Origin: Pseudogymnoascus verrucosus
Taxonomy: Eukaryota
DNA length: 64,000 bases
Strand: one strand, 5' to 3'
NCBI GenBank assembly: GCA_001662655.1
Contig: KV460256.1
How positions within the stretch are numbered: position 1 is the first letter of the stretch; each line of letters starts with the position of its first letter. Shown here piece by piece: positions 51,011-60,595 of the stretch. Below the pieces are notes generated by a model. The model made no database searches. It saw only the letters and a program-made list of their open reading frames with translations, and was not told the DNA's origin. The position numbers were made by a program, and so were the translations under genes.

Positions 51011-52397
51011 TCAGAATGGGATATCCGCATTCGTCAGAGTCTCGAACCCGATGAACAGCGGGTTTGGCTCCCCGATCTCAGCTGGCCTCTGCCTCAACAT
51101 AAGTTTCTTCGTGAACGGCATGCTCTGGTGCATTCGGTTCGCAAGGGCATTATACGGCGTATCGAGAACTACACATGTCAGCACCCTGAAAGAAAAACGA
51201 GGAACTGGCGAGGAGAGGAGTCACGAGCCAACATACCAGGATCCAATGACCTCCCAATAGTGCCATTACACAACCACTGTGGAATTTCCTTATCCCCCGT
51301 CTCAAACGGCGCATGCAACTCCAGCGCCGCGCCGACCCGCGTTCCTAACTCCGTCTTCCACAGATCCTCACCCTGAATCCTCGACGTCTCGGCTACATGG
51401 GCCATGGATGCGATCCCATAACTCACGTGCGCAAAATCGCGACACGTCTCCTGCGTGATGCCACTGACAGGGAATGTCGCCTGTTTGAACCAGTACTTGA
51501 TGATTGCGTCTTTTGTCGTGTTAAGGCCGCGACCTTGGACAGGCAGCGGACCGTCGCTTGTTAGATAGATGTAAGCAGGGACGCGGCCCGCAAACTTGGA
51601 CATTGAGGCTGTGTAGAGGGCGCGATCTTCGAGGAAGACAGCGGCGCCGATAGAGGCCTCCATCATCACTATATCAAGGTTAATTTGTGGTGTTGAGAGA
51701 ATGGAGAGCGAATCATAATCATACCCAGGTCCCAGTTTCCGTTATTTTTGATGTCGCCATCAGCGATGATAGGGAGGTATGCGTTGCGCAGCATGCTTTC
51801 AAAGGCTTTGATACCCTTCGACGTCCACCCGCCCTTGGAATACCGCATTATCTCTCCCGCGCGGACCCAGTTCGCAGCAGACCAGGCTGCTTGGAGGGGC
51901 GCATTGGAGTTATTATGACCCTCAATGGTACTAGACCATGAATCCATGTAATGGATCGCCTTATCTGCGTATGGCTTCTTCTTTGTAACCGAGTAGGCCA
52001 GCGCATTCATATACGCTGCCATGGAGTCCTCGCGCTCCTGGTAGCAGCCGATGTTAGGCGTGGACGTGGGGCCGCATTGGACAACTTTGTAGGGCTGTGC
52101 GGTACGCGTCGGGGAAGAGTAGTTGTACTTCAACATGGAATCGAAGGCTTCGGTCCATGGCTGGTCGCCTTTGGCTACCTTGTGCGAGACGTAATCTAGT
52201 TGTTGCTGGTGGACATAGACGCCGGGGTGAACCCACTTCTTGGGAGCGTGCGTGGGGATGGGGAGAGGGTTGTGCTGCGTCTTCTCGGGGCGATTTTTTT
52301 CGCCGGCGTCTGGGAATGCGGCGGCGTTGGCACCGATGCACAAGACCGACAGAAGGAGGGCAGTCCAGAGACGGACTATGAAAGTGGTGGACACCAT
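51011..52397 (-). CDS. Secreted (alpha/alpha)-toroid 'Alginate_lyase' domain protein (PL5/PL38-like fold), substrate unknown
   Basis: Signal peptide; WVHPG, EREDSMAAYMNAL, NAPLQAAW, NNGNW, QETCRDFAH. Introns 51669-51724 and ~51172-51232 join the ORF fragments. Confidence 0.78.
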
Positions 52398-52601
52398 GTC
52401 TGATCTCAGTCAGAAGTCCGAAGTTTGCAATAAATTAAAGTGAACTTGTGAACTTTAGCACTTCACTAGGAGTTGCAGATCGTATATTGCTGATGCAAGG
52501 CCGAGGTTTTATATCACCGCATCCTGCATATTTACAAACCCATGGTGGCAGCTACAAGACGCCAATTTCCGCGGGCTTTCTTTCCAAAGCGGCATAGAAA
52601 T

Positions 52602-52610
52602 TCCACCAAT
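52602..52610 (+). promoter_or_regulatory. Candidate galacturonate-responsive element (TCCNCCAAT)
   Basis: Exact TCCACCAAT in the lyase divergent promoter; related CCACCAA at 52970, 42322 and 42794. Confidence 0.35.
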
Positions 52611-53270
52611 CCAATTACACAATAGACTGATAGAATTGAGTAAACTTACAAGACAAGTTTGTTCGTGCAGCGACATTTGCACGGGAAGTAGTGAAGCTGC
52701 GATACTCACCTTACTATCTCTCTCTAGAGGTTTCTCTAGCGGTGCCAGCCCGTGTTACCCCGCATCCACAACCAACCAGTTATGCCGTGTAAAATGGTAA
52801 TCTGGGGCGCATTAGTAAAACTAAGTTTAAACTAGGACTAAAAAAGGGCCTTTAGTGATTAGTTCACTGGGAACCCATGCCTTGTATACTTGCCAGGCCG
52901 GGAGTTGCCTTAACTAACGTATTCCCCAGGAACGAGAGGCGCTCTTCCCCACGATTCGATGCCTAGATTCCACCAACCATAAAATTGTCCGTGAAATATC
53001 TCTGGGAGTGTTTGAGTGTCATGGACATCGGCAATTGGAGCTTCACCGTTATAGTCCTAATGACAGCGCAAACCATGTCTAGGTTAGTTTTTAAGGTTTA
53101 TTGCGCAGATCCCGAGCTGTGAACCCTTGTCTCTCGGCGTGAGGGTTCAAGGCCGCGAACCAGCCTCGCCTGGGCAAACGTGGGTGGGGTCCGCGACGGA
53201 GGTGAAACATCTCAATTTCCGCTTTCGCCGAGCTGGATTCCCGACGGACGCAACTCCAGAGGGAAGGGCG

Positions 53271-53667
53271 GATTGCAAGGTCGATGAGACCTCGTTGCGG
53301 AAAATTAGAAGTGAGCTGTACAGTTCCTGTGTCTGTACCCTCGCTCTGTTGTTATTTTTTGTTTATCCTGATCCTCGCTTTCGATTGGGAACGACACCCC
53401 CGTGTTCTCGTGTCTATCACTGCAACTTGCAGTTGCAGTGATAGACACGATTGCAAGGTCAATGGGACCTCGTTGCGGAAAATTAGAAGTGAGCTGTAAC
53501 GTTCCTGTGTCTGTACCTCCCTCGCTCTGTTGTTATTTTCTGTGTATCCTCATCATGAGACCTCATCATGAGGATACACAAAAAATAACAACAAGGATGA
53601 GGACCTCATCCTCGGTTTCTACTGGGAATGACACCCTCCCTGTGTTCTCATGTCTATCGCTGCAAGG
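53271..53667. repeat. Two-copy tandem repeat (period 178 bp) containing internal hairpins
   Basis: GATTGCAAGGTC..CCTCGTTGCGGAAAATTAGAAGTGAGCTGTA.. starts at 53271 and 53449. Inverted repeats at 53409-53449, 53528-53593 and 53594-53612. Confidence 0.93.
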
Positions 53668-53871
53668 ACAGAAACTGAACGGAGTTTGACGCTTTCTAGA
53701 CACCGTGCCCGCTTCATTCGCCGATTGCCCGCATATGCGGCCAATAAATGAGCATATATATAGTGCCCCAAAAGAAACCACATTTCCTCAAAACGATCTG
53801 ACTACATTCTTCCTTTAACAATCTCTAAGCACAACCAAATCTACGATCTAATTGACTATACATCACACACA

Positions 53872-54630
53872 ATGACTCCCAAATCCACCTTCGCATCTCT
53901 CCTCCTCCTCCCAGCCGCGGTCCTTGCCGTTCCTGCCGCCTTGGCCGATCCCAAATGCGCCCCTGGCGGTAACTTCGACCTCTCCTTCTGGAGCCTGCAG
54001 CTCCCCACCGGTTCTTCTTTCACCACAATCAAGAGCGCCGACCTACAAGGATGCAACGGCTACACCGATAGCAACTTCTCGACCGACAAGTCCAGCGGAG
54101 CTATCGTCCTCGTCGCACCCGGCAATCCCGATCTGACGGGCTGCACTACGAGCTCCGGTAGCGTGCACTGCCGCACCGAGCTGCGTGAGGTAGTCAGCGC
54201 AACGGGCAAGAACGCGGCGTGGTCGCCCAAGAATACGAATACTCTTACCGTGTCCATGACGGTGGTGGCGGCGGATGATGGAAGCCACGGTACGGCGATT
54301 GGACAGGTGTTTGCGGCGGATGCGAGCAAGCCGCTCGCGGAGATGTATTACAGCCGCCAGGGCGAGATTGTGGTCGGGGTCAAGCCGGATGCGAACTCGG
54401 GCCAGATCGTGACGAAGGTCGGGACCGTGGCTGTGGGGACGAAGTTTGAGTATAAGCTTGATTACTCAAAGGATGTGTTGACGGTGACAATTAATGGGAA
54501 GGCGACGAAGCTGGACACGGGGGGTAACTGGGCTCCGACCTGCTATTTTAAGACGGGGAATTACAATCAGGGTAAGTCAGCAGCTTCGTCGAAGGTGGTT
54601 ATTTCCGCGATCAAAGTGTCGCACTCTTAA
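53872..54630 (+). CDS. Polysaccharide lyase family 7 (Alginate_lyase2, beta-jelly roll), secreted
   Basis: Signal peptide; FDLSFWSLQLP, RTELRE, IGQVF (canonical QIH position), YFKTGNYNQ. Intronless and GC-rich. Confidence 0.9.
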   Translation: MTPKSTFASLLLLPAAVLAVPAALADPKCAPGGNFDLSFWSLQLPTGSSFTTIKSADLQGCNGYTDSNFSTDKSSGAIVLVAPGNPDLTGCTTSSGSVHCRTELREVVSATGKNAAWSPKNTNTLTVSMTVVAADDGSHGTAIGQVFAADASKPLAEMYYSRQGEIVVGVKPDANSGQIVTKVGTVAVGTKFEYKLDYSKDVLTVTINGKATKLDTGGNWAPTCYFKTGNYNQGKSAASSKVVISAIKVSHS

Positions 54631-54998
54631 ATTTGGGATGGGGCGACAGAAGAAGTTGGGGTGAAGAATTATCCTCTTAGTGTAGTGAAATGGCATAACT
54701 GAGAAATGAGAACTCGTCTTTTTGAGTGAAATCAACTTATCCAATGATAGACGGAAACGATATCCTCTCATAGCATTCCCCAACTCACACACTCTAGCAA
54801 GACACCATCATCAAGGGTAAATACGAGCATCCGAGCTCGGGACACTGCGGATAGTGGGGGCAGGACGTGTTGTGAGATGGTAGTGTGTGCATGCGGCGCG
54901 TGTTTGGTTCGATGGGATATGTTTTTACAACCCGAAAGAAGGTTAAGCTCCTCCCTGGCGGGCGGGAGAGAGTTGGTTGTGGCGTGGAGATGGCTGTG

Positions 54999-55078
54999 AT
55001 GGTGGTGGTGGTGGTGGTGGTGAGAAGAAGCAGCGGTGACAGAAGCAGCAGTGGCAGAAGCAGCAGTGGCAGAAGCAC
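54999..55078. repeat. (GGT)n microsatellite followed by AGAAGCAGCAGTGGC-like 15-mer x3
   Basis: Simple repeats directly visible. Confidence 0.8.
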
Positions 55079-56090
55079 CATCTTGGTCTCCATTGCAAGA
55101 CTATACGCCTCGGCAATCGACGCTGCTACCTGTGCGAACCTCATCTCGATAGAATCGCGGGTGCCCTGCACCGAACCGGAAACGATCTTGATCTCTGTAG
55201 AGATCCTCTTCGCATTCTCCGCTTCTTCGGAAGAATGGCGCGATTGTCCCCTGAAAAAGAGACAAGTATAGACACGCAACAAATGGGCCATGGTTGACCT
55301 CCTATCTTGCTTTATCGAATATTTCTGGGTTCGCCGTGTTAGTCGGCTTTATCTATGTAGACACTCATATTGATAAAAATGCCAGGCGAGGCAGTGGGCA
55401 CCGTAGAATGCCATTCTGAGATGAAGAAACTAATCAAGTATCTAAAAACAAAGGTCAAAAAGTCAAAAAGACTCATCAGGTTCCATCAATTTTAGACATC
55501 TGATGAGGGAGAAATCACATTTTATGATTTTACTTTTTGTCGATATATCCATTTTTTCCCTTGCTCTTTCTATAAACCGGAATTAGAACCCATGATCTCC
55601 CTTATATAACCCTGGCCAGATTGTCCTAACAGTGGTACTTCCACTGCGCCACTGTGCCGCTTATAGGAGGAGAGGCGGTTGTTTTGGTTTATATAGTGAG
55701 GGTCGACACTTGGAGGTAACAAAGGGAGGTGGGAATTGTCTTTGGATTTGCACTGGTGCACGGTGTTTCCCTTCAGTGTCGGCGTCTGGTTCGTATAACA
55801 CATATACATACTTCTACTAGGCCCCTTTTTATCCAACTACTCTCCGAATCAACGTAAAATCCATCTATATCCTCACAGCGCGTATATGGTCCTCTTGAAT
55901 TGCTTTCCCAGTATCAAATAGCCCAGCCTTCTCAGCCTTGCGCTAGCGGCGGGGTGTCTGCAGGGGTCTCGCCTGACATCTCCCCCACCTCTCCACCATC
56001 CTCCTTCCACTCCCAAACCACAAACCACAAACCATAACCCACTCCTCCTCACAATCGCCCTCGCGGTTCTCAACAAACCCAACAGCGACA

Positions 56091-56918
56091 ATGGCCCTCC
56101 ACGCTCCCCGATCACCTCTAATATGCCCCTCCACGCCATCCGACCCCGGCCCCGGCCCCTCCTGTATACCCTCCATCGCAGTGGCAGCGGCCGCGGCGGC
56201 ACATAACCAGGCGCCGCAATTCATGCTAAGCTCCCTCAACTTATCCGATCTATCCTCCGACCCCCTCCAACAATTCCGGTCCTGGTACATCTCCGCTCAG
56301 ACCTCTGGCGTGGTGAGTCCCGAAACCGTGTGTTTGAGTACCGCCTCGCTACCAAGTGGACGGGTGACGAGTCGGTACGTTTATTTGAAGGAGATGGATG
56401 GGCGCGGATTCGTGGTGTACAGTAATTGGGGGACTTCTCAAAAATCCAAAGATGTGGAGGCGAATTCATGGGTCAGCTTGGCATTCTGGTGGAGGGAGCA
56501 AGAGCGCCAAGTCAGGATTGAAGGACGCGTGGAGAAAATGAGTCAGGAGGAGAGTCAGAAGTACTTCGATACGAGAGCGAGGGGATCGAAGATCGGGGCG
56601 TGGGCTAGTAGGCAGAGTGGACGGATTGATGGGAGGGAGGTGTTGGAGGGGTGGGTGGGCGAGGTCGAGGAGAGGTTTAAGGGAGTGGATGAGATTCCGT
56701 GTCCGGAGTTTTGGGGTGGGGTGAGGGTCGTGCCAGAGAGGGTAGAGTTTTGGCAAGGAAGGGAGAGTAGGTTGCATGATCGGTTTGAGTATGTGAGGAA
56801 GGGTGGGGAGGAGAGAGGGAAGGAGGAGGGGAGGAAGGAGGAGGGGAAGGAGGAGGGGAAGGAAGAGAAGGAGCCAGAGGTGGGAGGGGAGTGGGATATT
56901 GCGAGGTTGAGTCCGTAA
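56091..56918 (+). CDS. PDX3: Pyridoxamine 5'-phosphate oxidase
   Basis: Motifs DPLQQFRSW, SRYVYLKE, RQVRIEG, IGAWASRQS, WGG, EFWQGRESRLHDRF, W..RLSP. The true start codon is uncertain. Confidence 0.93.
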   Translation: MALHAPRSPLICPSTPSDPGPGPSCIPSIAVAAAAAAHNQAPQFMLSSLNLSDLSSDPLQQFRSWYISAQTSGVVSPETVCLSTASLPSGRVTSRYVYLKEMDGRGFVVYSNWGTSQKSKDVEANSWVSLAFWWREQERQVRIEGRVEKMSQEESQKYFDTRARGSKIGAWASRQSGRIDGREVLEGWVGEVEERFKGVDEIPCPEFWGGVRVVPERVEFWQGRESRLHDRFEYVRKGGEERGKEEGRKEEGKEEGKEEKEPEVGGEWDIARLSP

Positions 56919-57702
56919 GTTGGGCTGGGAGAAGTGTTTTATTGGCTGGTGGTTGAAGAGTGATAGTTAAGAGAGGATGAGTTCTGTTTTTTTTTCAAAT
57001 GGCGAGGGAGAGGGGCCTGGAAATAGCGAGGCTGAATCTACGATCAGGCGGAGATGTCTCAATCGGGGCGTTTTGGGAGATAAACTCAGCTTTTTTTTTT
57101 GCAGGCATTAACAGAATCAGAGGAGTTACAAGCGATGAGGAATCTCTCAAACGTATTCTTTATTATTTATTATCCACGTGTTACATCATTGTACTGGCGT
57201 CAACTGTTGTTGACGGCAACGACACCGACCGGATTATCTCCAGGGGGGCCGGAACAACCTAACGCCGAACTCGCTTCCGACGCCGAGATGTGCTGAAAGG
57301 GCAATATGCATCGACGATGCTCAAGATCCCCAAACCTCCCAGCCCCAAAAAACATTAATTCACTCAACATACAACATTTCAACTGCCGATAATCGATATC
57401 TTGACCTCAATCTGAATCTGCATATCCAAAATACTCTTGCTACGATCGCTACTTAGCATTATCGCGTCTTCCTCGTCGCGCTGTCCACAGCCTGCGGCCG
57501 GTAGGGGTGGCATCGACCCCCTTCTCGATCTAAGGGCCTGTCCATACAGGTCCAGAACTCTCGCGGATATACAAAGCGCCAGAAGCATCATAATCTAACA
57601 TCTAACAAAAGCCACTCAAAATAAACATCCTGAACCAACATCTCCGACTCCGTGCAGCCATCGCCACTCGCGCATCGCCAACACCTGTGGTAGGCGCTCA
57701 CG

Positions 57703-60238
57703 ATGCGCTATACTCGCGATGAGCTGGAGCACTTGCGTGACTCGCCGCTGGTCGTAAGACCGGTGAACTTGCCTCCCCAAGAGGAGTATATGGGGTGAGT
57801 AGCGCCACCGCGACGAGCAGTAGCTCGCCCAAACAAGGAACATCCATCACTAACTGTTCCCAGTCCGCCAGAGACGGATCGCAAACCAAACACCAGAGAG
57901 AGACGTGGGTCAGCTGGATTCTCGGATCAGACCAGCAGAAGACCTGGCGTGGACAAGCTTGCACGAGGCCCAGGGGGTATGTACCACCGTTTGTTTGTCG
58001 AAATGCATGGCTAATCTTACCGCTAAAGCTCCCTTGGACATCATCCTCGGCCCTCCCAAGACCTCATTCGCATCCTCGACCTCGGCGCGCAACGCGAGAC
58101 CGTCCGATGCTGGCGAGAGACAACAAGACCAAGACCCCCGAGATCGACACCCCTTCCGCAAGAGCGACGGCGAGAGCGACCGCACGCGCGACAACCAGCG
58201 CCAGAACCTCCGCCCGCGACGCTCGGATGCCGACCAGGATAGCGATGGATGGAGCACCGTGAAGCCGCGTAAGAGTTTTGGCGCGGATGGAGCGGAGCGC
58301 TTCAACGGCCGTATGGGCGGAGAGAGACACCGTGATGATCCGCCGATGCCGAGGAGAGGGAGCAGAGATGCACGCGATGGCGAGAGAGAGAGGCCTGCGC
58401 GTGGCTTTGAGACGTTTACGCGCGATCGAGATGCTATTAAGGAGCAGGTGGAGGAAGGCGATGGAGCCCGTCGAGGCTTCGGTAGGGGGAGAACGGAGTC
58501 ATGGTTCAAGGATAAGGAGGAGTCAGCCGCTGCAGCTGCGGCGGAGAATCGAAAGAGTAATGGCGAGAGACTTGCTGATCGCAGCCGTGGATGGAGGGAG
58601 AAGGATACTGAGAAGACGAACGGACGCGCCCATGACCGTAATGCTGATCGGAATAATGATCGTGAGAGGGGCGGTGACAGGGATGATAGGGGTGGGGGAC
58701 GTTGGGATAGAGACAACAGGCGACAGGAGCGCGATCCAGAGTGGATGGATGAGCCTTCGGATAGCAAGAAGCGAGCTCATACCCAGGAAGACTTTCAGAA
58801 GTGGAAGGAGAGCATGAATGCTGGGATTATGAAGACGCCTGCTGCCGAGGTGCCGCCAAGCAAGTCAGCCCCTGATGCGCCTGGTCAGAGTTCGTTCTTC
58901 GGCTTTGATAAGCCGAAGGCCGAGACGCCTGTGGTTATTGATCCAGGCCCAGATAGGTTTATGAGTATGTGGTCGACACCAAAGCCAGAGGGCGCCGAGA
59001 CGCCGCTGGCTTTAAAGAAGGAGGGCCCAGTCAAGGTAGCCGCAGTTGGGAAGGCTTCGCGATTCACATCGTTCTTTGCTGCTCCTCAGGAGGACACGCA
59101 GCGACGCCAAACGGAGCCTGCCCCACCAGTTCCGGGACTCGCGCTTAAGGAGTCCAACCCGCAGTCTGACAAGGAGAAAGAGGACTTCCAGAAACTACTA
59201 CAGAAGTTGCAAAGCCAAAGCCTTCTTGGGATGAAGACCCCAACACCTCCAGTGAACCTGGCATCCCAGCCGAAGCCGCCACCACAACAGAAACAAATGG
59301 ATATCCAACTTCCGCCAATTGACCAGTTCCAACAATATCGCCCTGGCTTCCAAGAGCCACCACGATCAGGCAGCCGTGAATCGCAGACCCAGCAAGCTGC
59401 TCTCCAGGATTTACTCAGCAACCGATCTACAGCCGTTAGTCAGCCCTCGACCCGCCCCGAGCCTATGGCACATGAGCTCGCCAACCAGCGCCAGAACATT
59501 GCTAGCCAAGGCTCAACCCGTCCGGACCAGGACATCAACCGCAACGCCGCGTTCCTCATGGGTCTAATGCAAGCACCACGCCAGCCAGACCAGCAGCTCC
59601 GCCAAGAGCAACTCATGATGAGACCCCCACAATCGCAGCCCCAGAGACAGCAACAGCAACAGCACCTTTCAGAGCGCGATCAGGATCTCCTAATGCGCGA
59701 GCAGCGTGAGCGCGCCGCCCAGCGCCAACGTCAAGAAATGCCACCGGGATTCTTCGACGAGTCCTTCCTAGGCCGTGGCTCGCACCCGCAACAGCAGGAG
59801 CCTCGCCCGCAGTCCCAGCAGCAGCAACAGCAGCAGCCAACACAAATCCTGCAACGCCCACCACCAGGCCTCGAGCAGCTTCCTCCAGGATGGCAACAGC
59901 AGCCTCGCGACCAGCAGCAGCAGCAACAGCTCCCACAATCCATGCCACGCCACCCGCTCCAGCCACCACCTGGCCTCGCCGGCGGTCCATCCCGCGGAAT
60001 GCCGCTGCCACCTATGTTCCCACCCGGATTCGCGATGCAGGGTTACGGCCCACCGCCGCCAGAGATGAATGGAGGAGGCGCACAGCGTAATGTCCCGCCC
60101 CCGCCACCACCGGGGTTCATGGGACCACCACCGGGATTCATGCCCCCGCCTATGGGGTTCCCAGGTGAGATGGGGTATGCGCCGGCTTTTGATGGGAGGG
60201 GGCCGCCGCCACCGCAGCAGGGAGGATTTAGACGTTAA
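57703..60238 (+). CDS. Eap1/4E-T-like eIF4E-associated protein with long R/D-rich and Q/P-rich low-complexity regions
   Basis: Exon 1 MRYTRDELEHLRDSPLVVRPVNLPPQEEYMG; introns 57795-57863 and 57977-58028 splice in frame into ORF 57905-60238. Conserved-looking islands ILGPPKTSFAS, PEWMD, EDFQKWKESM, SRFTSFF. Confidence 0.7.
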
Positions 60239-60595
60239 GTCTGATGAGGGGGGTTTACTGGTATGAGAGGGATTCTGGTGTATCGCGAGGGGGTTTGGTA
60301 TGTGGTGGGTACTTTATGGGGTTATGACTGGCCATGTATAGCTGTGGATACGATGAGGGTACAGAGGGGAATATCCTGGTTAACACACTTACACGTTGTC
60401 TGAGGGGGGCAACGACGAAAGGCGTACTTCACGGAGCGAGACGGGCGCATAGATACCTACCGAACTCGCGATCACAATTAGTCACGCGCGGAAATGAAAT
60501 CCTGTATCAGTAGCACACGCAACAGTATCCCTTTATGCTCATAAGTCTGTGATATATCATACAAATTATCTTCTCTAACCCCCATTTCCTCCACT

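Noticed and set aside
53100..53270. GC-rich stretch with a small stem (TGAACCCT/AGGGTTCA) as a tRNA or other ncRNA
   Set aside because: No cloverleaf or convincing A/B boxes; I recognised no tRNA or rRNA gene anywhere in the window.
54794..55291. 165-aa minus-strand ORF and its 128-aa antisense partner
   Set aside because: Much of the length comes from simple repeats and there is no domain motif. It could be a gene remnant but cannot be supported.
56800..56880. Charged GKEEG repeat near the PDX3 C-terminus
   Set aside because: Simple purine-repeat expansion in a variable loop before the conserved W..RLSP end; unlikely to be a separate feature.
57910..58817. Long antisense and alternative-frame ORFs over the Eap1-like gene
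   Set aside because: Expected by-product of low-complexity, GC-rich coding sequence.
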